Made by a program: the position numbers and the translations under genes
IMG/VR virus record: IMGVR_UViG_3300044772_000008
Origin: a virus
Strand: one strand, 5' to 3'
Length of the DNA stretch: 64,000 nt
Shown here: piece after piece, positions 47,127 to 56,669 of the stretch
Layout of the letters: each line of letters starts with the position of its first letter
How positions within the stretch are numbered: position 1 is the first letter of the stretch
Notes under the pieces: model-generated
Databases searched by the model: none
What the model saw: the letters and a program-made list of their open reading frames with translations, nothing else
What the model was told of the DNA's origin: nothing

Positions 47127-47810
47127 ATGAAGACCTACCGTGCAGGACGTAGAGGAGCTGCGTTCTCCGAGTTTGGTCCCCTGAAGGAGGCCCGTGTCGA
47201 CTTTGTCGATCGCATAAAGGCCAAGGGACCTTACAAGTGGAAAAAGAAGAACGCACCTTCGACCGAGTGGTCGCGAGAGATGGGCCAGCCATCTCTGATG
47301 CGGAACTTCGACAAGGAAGTTCCTATTCTAGGTGAGGACAATGCCTTCTGGTGTAAGGTTGAGTCCGGAGCGATCTTCGTTCTCGATGTGGGTGAAGCCC
47401 ATCTAGTTATCCCACCACCCCCATCTGGCATCTCACAGTCGATCACCAAAGCACATCGACTGACCTTCAAAGAGGCAGAGCTAGCTCAGCTCGAGGACGG
47501 CATACCGCGTCGTATCATCACGATGGGGTACACTGTCTGCAAGTGGATCAACGGTATCCGAGGGGGTACGGCGTCACAGCACTGTCCAGGGCCTCCTACA
47601 CCAGCTGGAGGCAATGCTATGGACTGGGTTGCGCAGAAGCAGACCAACAGTGGTTGGGTCGTTGATATCGATCTTACTGACCGCATCGTGCGCAAGCTGG
47701 GGAACAACGGATTCCCAGAGGTCCTATGGAGGGGAGTTTCGAACCACTATCCGAACCACGCACACACGTCAGGCAGCCCGAAGCGGAGTGGAACACCGAG
47801 CTGCCTATGA
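47127..47810 (+). CDS. putative M15-type (D-Ala-D-Ala carboxypeptidase fold) peptidoglycan peptidase, endolysin candidate
   Basis: GGTASQHCPG....GGNAMDWV ... HYPNHAH fits the H..G.A.D ... H.H zinc-ligand order of M15 peptidases. By eye only. Confidence 0.45.
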   Translation: MKTYRAGRRGAAFSEFGPLKEARVDFVDRIKAKGPYKWKKKNAPSTEWSREMGQPSLMRNFDKEVPILGEDNAFWCKVESGAIFVLDVGEAHLVIPPPPSGISQSITKAHRLTFKEAELAQLEDGIPRRIITMGYTVCKWINGIRGGTASQHCPGPPTPAGGNAMDWVAQKQTNSGWVVDIDLTDRIVRKLGNNGFPEVLWRGVSNHYPNHAHTSGSPKRSGTPSCL

Positions 47811-47974
47811 ACCTCGAAGATTGGGACGGAGGGTGTTCGTGTCAGGACGACCCTGGATGGTGCTGGGGTTGCGGACACGATACTTCTCTGTGCCCTCCGT
47901 CCTGTCTTCGTGGGTACCACGGTTGGTGCGCACCCCAGAGAAACCAAAAGTATAGGGACCGGGCGAACTCCTGA
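47807..47974 (+). CDS. small Cys-rich protein
   Basis: Start refined to the ATG at 47807 (ATGA overlap). GGCSCQDDPGWCWGCGHDTSLCPPSC. Confidence 0.5.
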   Translation: MNLEDWDGGCSCQDDPGWCWGCGHDTSLCPPSCLRGYHGWCAPQRNQKYRDRANS

Positions 47975-48011
47975 GAGGGAAGGAGATACTTGCCGCCCGA
48001 TCCCTATACGT

Positions 48012-48386
48012 CTATCCCGAGAACGTCTTCGTCCCGGCCGCTTCTGCCTCAGCACGCTTCTTGTAAGCCCCTGCACTGAGGTTGTCGAACAACTCGTGAG
48101 CAAATCCAGCTGCTCCTCCGGCAAGCACACCGGTGAGCACCTGCCCTGCAACGCCCGTCAAACGAGACGACTGCTCAGCTAATGCAGGCACCAATGCAAG
48201 GATCGCTGCGCTGAGGTCGATCTGCCAACCGACGCAGTAGATGATGCCGATCAGGAACGCTGCGACGTTCCAGGTCGCTGGCGGCAACGAGTCGTCTCTG
48301 TCAATCACGTTCCTAACCAGATCGACTGACTTCGTGACGACTGCTCCCAATGCGAGAACTGCAGCGAGCACTGCTGCGAAGTCCAT
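48012..48386 (-). CDS. holin-like multi-TM membrane protein (last gene of the late operon)
   Basis: 124 aa with 3-4 hydrophobic segments and a charged C-terminus (KKRAEAEAAG). Convergent with the muralytic genes. Confidence 0.5.
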   Translation of the reverse strand: MDFAAVLAAVLALGAVVTKSVDLVRNVIDRDDSLPPATWNVAAFLIGIIYCVGWQIDLSAAILALVPALAEQSSRLTGVAGQVLTGVLAGGAAGFAHELFDNLSAGAYKKRAEAEAAGTKTFSG

Positions 48387-48400
48387 GTTTCACCTCCTTC

Positions 48401-49015
48401 CTATAGCACACAAGGTGTAGGTGGAATCGATGGCGGTGGAACGCAAGGTGGGAACGGAACTGGTACCGTAATCAGAACTGTAACTGTCACAGTCGTCCCG
48501 GGAGGTGGAGGCGGAGTTGGTATCGGTACGTCTGGGATTAGTACGTCGGCAAGTGTCAGTGCACCGAAGAACTGATTCGACAGTGCCATCGCGGTGGCGA
48601 TCGACCCTCCTCGATGGATCTGTTCGCAGCTCCTGAATCTATCTCCTACGTCACCGTAGCATTGGTCAAGACCTTTGCCTCCTTTGATAATATCACCAGG
48701 ACGGTTATCGACTGTAAACAGATGATCGTTGCCAGCATGTCCAGCTAGTGTATCCTCTCCCTTCCCCCCGATCAGTGTATCTTTGCCTCCGTCACCACGG
48801 ATGGTATCTCTAGCACCTCCACCAGCACTATAGTCACCCGATCCGCGAGTGCAGATAACATCAGGACGGTTACTACCAGGAAGGACATCGCGTTGGGGCG
48901 TACCATTGATTGTGCAGTTCGGTGCTAAGGGGGTCGGTGTAGCAGAACTCGTTACTGCGACCAAGCTGACAAGAAGCAATGACCCTACACCTAGTAGTAT
49001 CAGATACCGTCGCAT
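48401..49015 (-). CDS. secreted protein with RTX-type calcium-binding repeats and a Pro-rich hydrophobic C-terminus
   Basis: Signal peptide MRRYLILLGVGSLLLVSLVAVTSSA. GGARDTIRGDGGKDTLIGGKGEDTLAGHAGNDHLF. C-terminal PIPTPPPPPGTTVTVTVLITVPVPFPPCVPPP. Confidence 0.75.
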   Translation of the reverse strand: MRRYLILLGVGSLLLVSLVAVTSSATPTPLAPNCTINGTPQRDVLPGSNRPDVICTRGSGDYSAGGGARDTIRGDGGKDTLIGGKGEDTLAGHAGNDHLFTVDNRPGDIIKGGKGLDQCYGDVGDRFRSCEQIHRGGSIATAMALSNQFFGALTLADVLIPDVPIPTPPPPPGTTVTVTVLITVPVPFPPCVPPPSIPPTPCVL

Positions 49016-49380
49016 TCGGGTGGTACCTCCGGAATCACAATAGGTGGCAACGGTGCAACTGGCAACCCCAAGTCTCGGATGATCTGTTCAAGGTAGATCC
49101 TGTTCGCTGCTATCGCTTCCAGTTGATGTCTTTCTGTCCTAAGGACCGTACAGGATACTGCCAACTGACTTTCAGCAGACTCCTTGTTGAAAGTGTAAAT
49201 GATAGTGACGGGTGCGAAGAATGCCCCGAACACCACGACAACTGTCAGAATGAGGACCCAGAGCCTTAGGCGACTAAGTCTTCCGTTCCCACTTACTTGG
49301 TTACCAGTACGAAGCCGGAAGAAACTAGGCTCGCTAAGACCGCTGACGTTAGCGTCCCAATCAAAAGGCGTCGGAGCCAT
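49000..49380 (-). CDS. single-pass membrane protein
   Basis: 126 aa. LWVLILTVVVVFGAFFAPVTIIY. Confidence 0.6.
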   Translation of the reverse strand: MAPTPFDWDANVSGLSEPSFFRLRTGNQVSGNGRLSRLRLWVLILTVVVVFGAFFAPVTIIYTFNKESAESQLAVSCTVLRTERHQLEAIAANRIYLEQIIRDLGLPVAPLPPIVIPEVPPECDGI

Positions 49381-49459
49381 TTGATCTCATCTCGTGTCTC
49401 CTGACGAAAGTCGATGAATGCTCGAACAAGTTCAGCGAGTGTGTAATCAGCACTGCTCA

Positions 49460-49831
49460 TTAGCCCTCTTCTTGTTCCTCCTTGTCCTTCTTCTCTTTGA
49501 TCTTGAGCTTCAGACGCTCTTTGTTCTGCTTCAGTTTTTCCTGCCGTTGCTTCTCTTTGTGCGCCCGTTTGGTAATCTCTTCAGCCATCTTGACTGGGTC
49601 GTCAGGACGATGTCCGACCTTCTTCTGATGCTCCTTGAAGAGCGCCTCCTTTGATACCTCTGGGTCGATCGAGACAATGTCACCACGGTTATCCGCTTCG
49701 ATGTCGAGGTCGTGTTCGATTACCAGATCCTCTAGCTGTTCGATCACTCCATCAGGAATAGTTTCATCCTCAGGAATGTAGGCGATGCCGAAGTACCTCA
49801 GCGCCTCCCTCACTGGCATGAAGTCTGTCAT
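49460..49831 (-). CDS. hypothetical protein with Lys/Glu-rich tail
   Basis: 123 aa. C-terminal KEKQRQEKLKQNKERLKLKIKEKKDKEEQEEG. Confidence 0.65.
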   Translation of the reverse strand: MTDFMPVREALRYFGIAYIPEDETIPDGVIEQLEDLVIEHDLDIEADNRGDIVSIDPEVSKEALFKEHQKKVGHRPDDPVKMAEEITKRAHKEKQRQEKLKQNKERLKLKIKEKKDKEEQEEG

Positions 49832-49839
49832 CGCCCCTC

Positions 49840-51852
49840 CTATGTCTTGATAATGAAGTGAACCCGAAGATGTCCGTGCTGCTTGTGTCCGCTTGGTGCT
49901 CCGGACTCATCGATGGTAATGGGACTACCTCCAACGTCTGTAGTTCCGGCATCCCATGATGTACCATCGAATCTCGATCCACCTGTAAGCGAGTCTTGGT
50001 AGATAGATGCTCCGTCTCCATGCTCAACATGCTGGTCCTCATGCATAACGTGAGCTGTTTGTCCGAAGCCTCCTACAAATGGCGACCCAGAACTCCTACG
50101 CGAACCCTGGGTGACACCATGTGAGTGTTGGCCCCCGCTGTTAGTAAAGCCCGAGACATTGTGACCGTGGTTAGGACCAGCAGCAAGCTGCCCACCGGTC
50201 GTTTTAGCAGTTGTATTAGGGTTGCTGTCTGTATTGATGCTGAGGAAATGGTCATGAGGAGAAGCATTGCCTTGGCTATCTCCGCCACCATCGTCTGAAT
50301 GGTCCTTTCGCCTCCTCTTGTGGTGGTGCTTATGTCGATGGTCCTTATGTGAACCGTGACCATCGACACGCTCACCTTCGACCTGGTTTTCGTTTTCCCC
50401 GGGGCTCTGACCAGTACCTACTCCCTTAGGATGACGACGACGGAAGTCAGGTACCTGGAAGGTTGCACCACTGCCTCCGTACGTATATCCGATCTCAGCG
50501 AACAAGGCTGGCTCTGCAGCTGTTGCTACCGACTGACCGTTAGCCCGGAGCCATCCTGACGGAGTATTAGGGCCTGCATGCTTCTTGATGGTACCAGGAG
50601 TGTCCGCATCGAACTCATCGCCCTCAACGCCATTCAGGAGCTGACCTGAAGCACTTGGCTGCCACGGGCCCCTGTCGCCCTCACCATCCACAGTCCTGAG
50701 TCTGATAAAATGGTTCACGCCCCAGTCAGCTCTAGGAACCAAGTACCTGTAGACTCCATGACCAGCTGTCTTCATGTTCTTCTCCACTAGGGTAGAGAAG
50801 GCACTACTCTTGGCAACCTGGATCTCGATCTTCTTGATGTCGTTGTTGACGTCCGTTGCATCCTCGGGTGCATCCCAGACGACCCCACGACGCTTCTTTA
50901 GGTCGATGTACTTATTGATAGTGACCTGCGGTGGAGTATCAGAAGCAATACTCACGCCCGAGGATGAAGGGAACCAAGTTGTCCAGTCTCCCCTTCGGTT
51001 CCAACGGTCGACTGACCTCATCTTGACACGGTACTTGTGACGGCGGTGAACACGACGGAACGTAAACTTACCGGTAGTTGGTCCATCATCTTCGTCGTCG
51101 TCCACGTCCTCAATGGTTCCCTTGTCAAGCAGACGCCAAGCTCCTGAACCACCGATCTGCACCTGAGCCTTCCAGACGTAGCGAGCCATGTCATCTTCTT
51201 TGTCGCCACCCGGGACATCCCAGTTCTGCACGTTGTCGAATCGTGTACGAGCCTCGTACTTTGTCTCACGGTTCCCGTTGTCCTTGAAGAACGACAAGTC
51301 AGTGATGACAGGCGCTGGAGGCTTCGGTAGGGCTTCCTGAATAGGCAGGACTGGATCCGTCCAAGGTGTCCAATCAGACTTCCTGTGGTGCTTGTCTTGG
51401 ATCCGTGCCCTGCCCTGAACATACCATTGCCTTGGTTTGGGTAGGTCCTTCCAAGCGACATGTGGCTCATCATTATCAGAGTCGAAGACCTCTTTGGCAT
51501 CGATGCGCTTGGTGTGCTTCACCTGCTTGCTGGGCGGATGCTCTGTGTCAAAGTCGAACTCTTGAGGAACGCCTGCGCCGTTTGTGAACCTCATTTGGAA
51601 GATGTACTTGTCAATATCGGCCTGACAGGTATTCGCGGTGAGTGGGTCACATCTCAAGATCGCTCTGAACTCAAGGCGAGTCTTGACCTCATGTGTCCTG
51701 ACCATGACATGCATGTTGACAGGAGGAGCCGGTTTCTCATCAGGGTCGTATCTCTTGACCCTTTCCTTCTTACCAACTCTACTGACGACGCCGATGATCT
51801 CCTTCTTGAGACCAGTTGGCGCAAACTGACTCTGGTCAAGGGTTGTACTCAA
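49840..51852 (-). CDS. tail fibre / receptor-binding protein with phage tail-collar domain and His-rich segment
   Basis: 670 aa. GWLRANGQSVATAAEPALFAEIGYTYGGSGATFQVPDFRRR (tail-collar pattern), followed by HGSHKDHRHKHHHKRRRKDH and further His/Gly-rich sequence. Confidence 0.8.
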   Translation of the reverse strand: MSTTLDQSQFAPTGLKKEIIGVVSRVGKKERVKRYDPDEKPAPPVNMHVMVRTHEVKTRLEFRAILRCDPLTANTCQADIDKYIFQMRFTNGAGVPQEFDFDTEHPPSKQVKHTKRIDAKEVFDSDNDEPHVAWKDLPKPRQWYVQGRARIQDKHHRKSDWTPWTDPVLPIQEALPKPPAPVITDLSFFKDNGNRETKYEARTRFDNVQNWDVPGGDKEDDMARYVWKAQVQIGGSGAWRLLDKGTIEDVDDDEDDGPTTGKFTFRRVHRRHKYRVKMRSVDRWNRRGDWTTWFPSSSGVSIASDTPPQVTINKYIDLKKRRGVVWDAPEDATDVNNDIKKIEIQVAKSSAFSTLVEKNMKTAGHGVYRYLVPRADWGVNHFIRLRTVDGEGDRGPWQPSASGQLLNGVEGDEFDADTPGTIKKHAGPNTPSGWLRANGQSVATAAEPALFAEIGYTYGGSGATFQVPDFRRRHPKGVGTGQSPGENENQVEGERVDGHGSHKDHRHKHHHKRRRKDHSDDGGGDSQGNASPHDHFLSINTDSNPNTTAKTTGGQLAAGPNHGHNVSGFTNSGGQHSHGVTQGSRRSSGSPFVGGFGQTAHVMHEDQHVEHGDGASIYQDSLTGGSRFDGTSWDAGTTDVGGSPITIDESGAPSGHKQHGHLRVHFIIKT

Positions 51853-53258
51853 GGTGCAGTCCTTTCGTCAAAGTGTACCGTGACCACCTCTACGCCAGTC
51901 TGGTCCAAGAAGACCTCCATGGCAATGATCCGATGGACCGAGTTTATCTGAAGGAACCCAGCACTCGCAATGACCGTTGCACGATCTCCGATGTTGAAGT
52001 CGAACAGATCAGGTGGTGTTAGAACGACACCGATCTGAGGCTGCCTAGTAGGCGCTTTGTGATTGTTCAATTTCCTTGTGGCCCTCTTTACCATGGTGTT
52101 GAAGTGTTTAGTTTCGCCAAAGTCTTCTGCCGTCTGCCGAAGCTTATAGGTCGCTCGTGCACCAGTGTCAACGACAACCGCGATACAGGTTGACTTTTCG
52201 GTACCACCACCAATGCCGTGAACTTCGGTAGCAAGTTCTTTTGCATCGCGAAGTACGTATACATTGTTGGCATTCACATCCATCTCGAAGTTGAAGCCTA
52301 AGAGGGCACCTCGTTGTGGGTAGTACATGTGGAACACTTTGTTTGGGGCGATGTCGTAGTCAAAGCCATCGTGCATCTCAGACAGCTCGTTGATAGTTTC
52401 ACCGACGTTCTGGCGTTCCCAGTACCGATACTTCTTCGTCTTCACCTGTCCTGAGTTGGCTTCTGGTCCGCGAGTAACTCCAAGGTTACCATCAGTTAGA
52501 CCCTGTGTGTAGTTGAGGAGCTGCCAGGCAATGTCGAACTGCTCTACGTCTTCAAAGATTTTGTCCTGGTCGATCAGTCGATGGTAGAACATGCTGAACC
52601 AGCCTTCACACTGGCATCGAACCATTAGCGTGTCCGTGCTTACCTCGGTGGTCCATAGGTAACCACCCCAGACAAGGGTGTCATCACGTCTGATTCTGAC
52701 TTCGCGCTGGCCTTCCGCAAGATTGTTGACCGTCGCTTCTGGTCTCCACATGTCAATACTGAACTCGGCCCAGGGGAGACCGTCGAGTGTGAACCCATAG
52801 CGAAGATCATCGAACGGGAGGCTGCTAATGACAACGTTCCCATTCAAGTCGCTGAGTTCCAGTTCGTAGAGGTGTATACCTGCAGGAGGCGTAGGGATGA
52901 CCGTCTTGAAGGGTGTGATAACGAAGGCACTGTCGGTCTCTGTAGCCGTAGATACAATGAACAGTTTCGTCTTGGCCACAGAGAAGGCTGTGTCCGTTTC
53001 GGTTACTAGTCCAATTGCCTTCGTTCGCATTGGGACGATCGGAAATGCCGTGTCTGTCTCGACTACAAGTTTGAGTCCGGCGAGCTGCAGCGCTTCGTTC
53101 GTCTCGGTCGCTAGACCCAAGACGACGGTATGGCCAGGTTGAGTAGAAAAAGCTGTATTCGTTTCCGTTGCCATACCCAGTATGACAACAGTGACTTGAG
53201 TCAGCTGAGGATGGTAGTAGAATGCTCGTTTCCGTATGGCCCTACCTGGACGTGGCAT
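51849..53258 (-). CDS. minor tail protein (baseplate/tip component)
   Basis: 469 aa. Sits between the large tail protein and the fibre. N-terminal ATET..AF repeats. The C-terminal domain resembles siphophage tail-tip proteins by position. Confidence 0.6.
   Translation of the reverse strand: MPRPGRAIRKRAFYYHPQLTQVTVVILGMATETNTAFSTQPGHTVVLGLATETNEALQLAGLKLVVETDTAFPIVPMRTKAIGLVTETDTAFSVAKTKLFIVSTATETDSAFVITPFKTVIPTPPAGIHLYELELSDLNGNVVISSLPFDDLRYGFTLDGLPWAEFSIDMWRPEATVNNLAEGQREVRIRRDDTLVWGGYLWTTEVSTDTLMVRCQCEGWFSMFYHRLIDQDKIFEDVEQFDIAWQLLNYTQGLTDGNLGVTRGPEANSGQVKTKKYRYWERQNVGETINELSEMHDGFDYDIAPNKVFHMYYPQRGALLGFNFEMDVNANNVYVLRDAKELATEVHGIGGGTEKSTCIAVVVDTGARATYKLRQTAEDFGETKHFNTMVKRATRKLNNHKAPTRQPQIGVVLTPPDLFDFNIGDRATVIASAGFLQINSVHRIIAMEVFLDQTGVEVVTVHFDERTAP
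52920..53183 (-). repeat. five degenerate in-frame repeats of about 16-20 codons (core [AV]TET[ND]xAF)
   Basis: GMATETNTAFS / GLATETNEALQ / VVETDTAFP / GLVTETDTAFS / STATETDSAFV in the N-terminus of 51849-53258. Confidence 0.75.
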
Positions 53259-56198
53259 CTACCACCTCGATGCTCTGTGGAGCGCTTTCGGTTTCACTAC
53301 GTGAGTGGTAGGAGGTATGACCTCGTAGAAAGACATGTAGGCAGCACCTACGAAAGCTCCGGTCGGACTCGCACGGTTGATGATGTTGCCTGTAGTTCCG
53401 ATACCAGTGACGACGTCGAAAATCTTGTATGCGACTGACAGTACTAGATCGCTTCCTGCTATATTTCGCCACTGTGCCGCAGAAGCAGGATTCAGCCACC
53501 CCGAAGATTGAAGGACAAACGTATGCAGAAAGTCTCGGTGCCATTCTGTAAGGGCAATAGTCTGGTACCTTCGAGTGGTCTGAGCGGGGAAGAGACAGTC
53601 ACCATTTGCATCATCATCGATGAAGGTGAAGGTCTCACTTTCAGCTGCCCACCCTATTGACTGAATCGAGGGACGGAAAACAAACATAGCACCGATGATA
53701 GTGTCTGCTGAGCCTCGGTTTGAATCAAGAATAAGATCTGACGATGAAGGCATGAAGAACGTCTGAGAACTACCAGGGGCAAAACTAATTGCATCAATGA
53801 AGTGCTCTTCGCTAGTGGCCGGTGAGGTTACGACAGCCCTCACAGAGGCGTACTCTGCCTGAGCAGGTGCTACAGCTGTAATGAAGGCCTTTGTGTAGCT
53901 GCCTGACACATCGGTAATTCCACTACCGGTATCTAGGGACATAAAGATTCCGTCGGCATCATACCACGCAATTGCAGCAGCACAAGTGCGACCTGTCACC
54001 GCAGTACGAAAGTGGATGATTCCAGTGTATGTACGACCTTCCTTGACTCGGACGCCCGATAACCCCTCAAGCGTTGCTGCATCCATTTCGCCAAGTCCAC
54101 CGTCAGTACAGGTCAGACGAAGGACGTTCGCCCCATTCACAGCGAGACCATCTGCGACTCTCGCAATGGTAGAGTTGAACTGTGCGATCCAACCAGTCGT
54201 ATCAGTCTCAAGGCTAGCCTGATTTGCTGTGAGCCAGTTACCGCGCCATGTCCCATCGAAGGTACATGCCCAGCGTTGCAGTGTGCACCCGGAGCCTATA
54301 ACCTGATCTCCGATGACGTCCCATTCCTGGCCGCCGCCATTTTCAATTGCCCAGCTAACAAGGCCAGTCGCTTCTCGAAAGAGACCCATCATCATAACGA
54401 GATCACCGACGAGCATCGATGCAGGAGGAGTCAGGGTAACAGTTTCCGCGCTCAAGGAACCATTGTCTGAGGGGTTCACTGTATGACCAAAGAACGCCGT
54501 TTGCCCTGGCGGTGCTGGTACGACTCCTGCGACCGTCCACTCGAAATACTTGATCGTGCCGGTGCCATCACCGCCACCACCATCGTTGATGAAGACGGCC
54601 ATGACGAGCGCACCGCCATGAGCAGCCGAGTGCTGGAACACATTGCTAGTAATCGTATCGATCGACACTGCGTCATACACCTGCACGTCGACTCCGTACG
54701 CTGCGCCATCCATGCTCTTGTCGTAGTGGAGGTCGAGGTTTGTGAGGTCGCAGTAGGCGGCATGGATGTCAACATCCCAGACAGCGATGGTCGCGGTCGG
54801 AGCGCCCGACCCCGCTCGGTTGTTCGGAATACTGACACCTGAGATCTGGCGCTCGGCCTGAAGCGTACCGCCGATGATCCGACGCTCCCACATGAGGTTG
54901 CTGCGTCGGTAGAACGCGACGATGACTTCAGTGCCACCGTCGTCGAAGTAGTACGCCTGCGGGACCGCCTTCTCCGAAGGAGCCGTTCCGGTCGCATTGA
55001 ATTGCGTCCTACCAGAGAGCGAGCCACCCATCGTAAGCGTTTTGTAGTAGAGCAGGTCGTTCGTGTCGTCGTGGTAGATGATGTACGCGAGGTCGCTTGC
55101 GCCTATCACCACGATGGCCGACGACCAGTACACGGACGCGGTCGTGTCGAGGATGGTCTCAGCGGACCACGTACCGCCGGTGTCGCGCACGCGGTACCCT
55201 TGTCGGGTGAAGCCGCCCGACGGATCGGTCGAGTACGTGCAGACGATCGAGCCGTCCGAGCGAACGCCGAGCGAGACGTCCTGGTCAGTCGGGTTCACCG
55301 ACGCCGTGTGGATCACCTGGGACACGATGCCCCAGGTATCTGGTGACCCGTGGTCGGACATTCTGAACGTGTGGTACCTGACGGTGCCGCTCCCGGTGAA
55401 AGAAGCGATATGCAGCGTGTTCCCGACCTGATCAATGTCACAACCCTCGAAGTCGTCATTGAGCGGTGCGTTAGCAGCGTCCATGATGGCCCACTGCTTG
55501 CCCCCGTCTGTAGACTTGAGCATCGCCATCTCATCTGCGACACCCGCCGTGCCATACTCCCCGAGGTAATACAGATTGCCGTTCGTGTCCTTGAACGGTC
55601 CCAGGCGTTTCGGGGTCTCAACCATAGACCCGCCGATGAGCCCATCGGGCACATTCAGCGTGATGAGCGGAATCACGTACGTCCCTGCGAACACAGTTCC
55701 GCCTGATTCGACAATCCGGTACTCGAACGTGTCACCATCTGCATTGCGGCCACGTGTCGTACCGTTGTTGTGCATCACGCGTATCCGGATAGTCCACTCG
55801 TACTCAGTGTGGTTGTTGTTGATCGTAACTGCCGGCGTAAGGTTATCTTCGAGTCCGACCCCAGCAGTGAACGCTAATCCAGATCCAACGAGCAAGTTGG
55901 TCGTGGCATCGTCGTTCGCGAACTGCGCCGACAGAACGATCTCGGTCGTATCGATCGATGCCGGCGGGACAGCCGCATTGACCGGCACATCGGTCCAGGT
56001 CCCGGCATTCCGGCGATACTGAAGCTTGAACGTCTTCGAGCCTTCGTTTATTGTCGATGCAACTTCGAACCTGATACGGAAGATCTTCTCGGCGTCAATA
56101 GTTACATTAGCATCAAGGGCTCCTGCCCAGCCAGCATCAACGTTCAGACCTTGAGTGTCGTCTGAACGTACCCGAAAGTGAGGTTGGTCAAGAGCCAT
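53259..56198 (-). CDS. large tail-associated protein with BNR/sialidase-like propeller and carbohydrate-binding-like domains
   Basis: 979 aa. LKSTDGGKQW matches the SxDxGxxW BNR motif. Multiple beta-rich domains. Position between the distal tail protein and the minor tail protein. Confidence 0.65.
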   Translation of the reverse strand: MALDQPHFRVRSDDTQGLNVDAGWAGALDANVTIDAEKIFRIRFEVASTINEGSKTFKLQYRRNAGTWTDVPVNAAVPPASIDTTEIVLSAQFANDDATTNLLVGSGLAFTAGVGLEDNLTPAVTINNNHTEYEWTIRIRVMHNNGTTRGRNADGDTFEYRIVESGGTVFAGTYVIPLITLNVPDGLIGGSMVETPKRLGPFKDTNGNLYYLGEYGTAGVADEMAMLKSTDGGKQWAIMDAANAPLNDDFEGCDIDQVGNTLHIASFTGSGTVRYHTFRMSDHGSPDTWGIVSQVIHTASVNPTDQDVSLGVRSDGSIVCTYSTDPSGGFTRQGYRVRDTGGTWSAETILDTTASVYWSSAIVVIGASDLAYIIYHDDTNDLLYYKTLTMGGSLSGRTQFNATGTAPSEKAVPQAYYFDDGGTEVIVAFYRRSNLMWERRIIGGTLQAERQISGVSIPNNRAGSGAPTATIAVWDVDIHAAYCDLTNLDLHYDKSMDGAAYGVDVQVYDAVSIDTITSNVFQHSAAHGGALVMAVFINDGGGGDGTGTIKYFEWTVAGVVPAPPGQTAFFGHTVNPSDNGSLSAETVTLTPPASMLVGDLVMMMGLFREATGLVSWAIENGGGQEWDVIGDQVIGSGCTLQRWACTFDGTWRGNWLTANQASLETDTTGWIAQFNSTIARVADGLAVNGANVLRLTCTDGGLGEMDAATLEGLSGVRVKEGRTYTGIIHFRTAVTGRTCAAAIAWYDADGIFMSLDTGSGITDVSGSYTKAFITAVAPAQAEYASVRAVVTSPATSEEHFIDAISFAPGSSQTFFMPSSSDLILDSNRGSADTIIGAMFVFRPSIQSIGWAAESETFTFIDDDANGDCLFPAQTTRRYQTIALTEWHRDFLHTFVLQSSGWLNPASAAQWRNIAGSDLVLSVAYKIFDVVTGIGTTGNIINRASPTGAFVGAAYMSFYEVIPPTTHVVKPKALHRASRW

Positions 56199-56212
56199 AG
56201 TAGTTCCTTACA

Positions 56213-56668
56213 TCACCCGTCGAACAGCTTCGTATTGGAGGTGTTGTAGATGGCAGGGTCGCCTGCGACTAGCTCAACCACCCACAAGGCCGCGCCGATG
56301 TTATAATCCCTATCCACGTTGATGGTCCGACGAATCGGCTTACACTTGATCCGCCGATCGGAACCAGTTCCCAATCGGTAGTCCAAGTCTAAGTCGGTAC
56401 CCTGATTATCGAACGCTGCCCGCCAGGAGTTGATGAGCGCCTCTAGATCGTTCGGACTTCCGCTAGTTGGAATAACGTCACCATTGATGATGACATGGCG
56501 TTCTTCATAGAATAATGCGAACGTGAAGGATCCGTCTTGAGCAACCTTCGGACGAATGTCTGCTTTCGAGTCAGGAGGCTCCAACCCCTCAATCGAGAGC
56601 ACACCAATCTGAAGGTTAGCCCCGAAGACGAGACCGTTATACGAAAGCTCCCAAGGGTTTAGTGGCAT
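56213..56668 (-). CDS. distal tail protein (Dit)-like
   Basis: 151 aa, immediately downstream of the tape measure gene (1-nt gap). Confidence 0.55.
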   Translation of the reverse strand: MPLNPWELSYNGLVFGANLQIGVLSIEGLEPPDSKADIRPKVAQDGSFTFALFYEERHVIINGDVIPTSGSPNDLEALINSWRAAFDNQGTDLDLDYRLGTGSDRRIKCKPIRRTINVDRDYNIGAALWVVELVAGDPAIYNTSNTKLFDG

Positions 56669-56669
56669 C

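Noticed and set aside
49418-49654. 78-aa Leu-rich plus-strand ORF in the late region
   Set aside because: It is antisense to the Lys/Glu-rich tail of 49460-49831 (poly-AAG/GAA reads as Leu/Phe on the other strand). It has no RBS.
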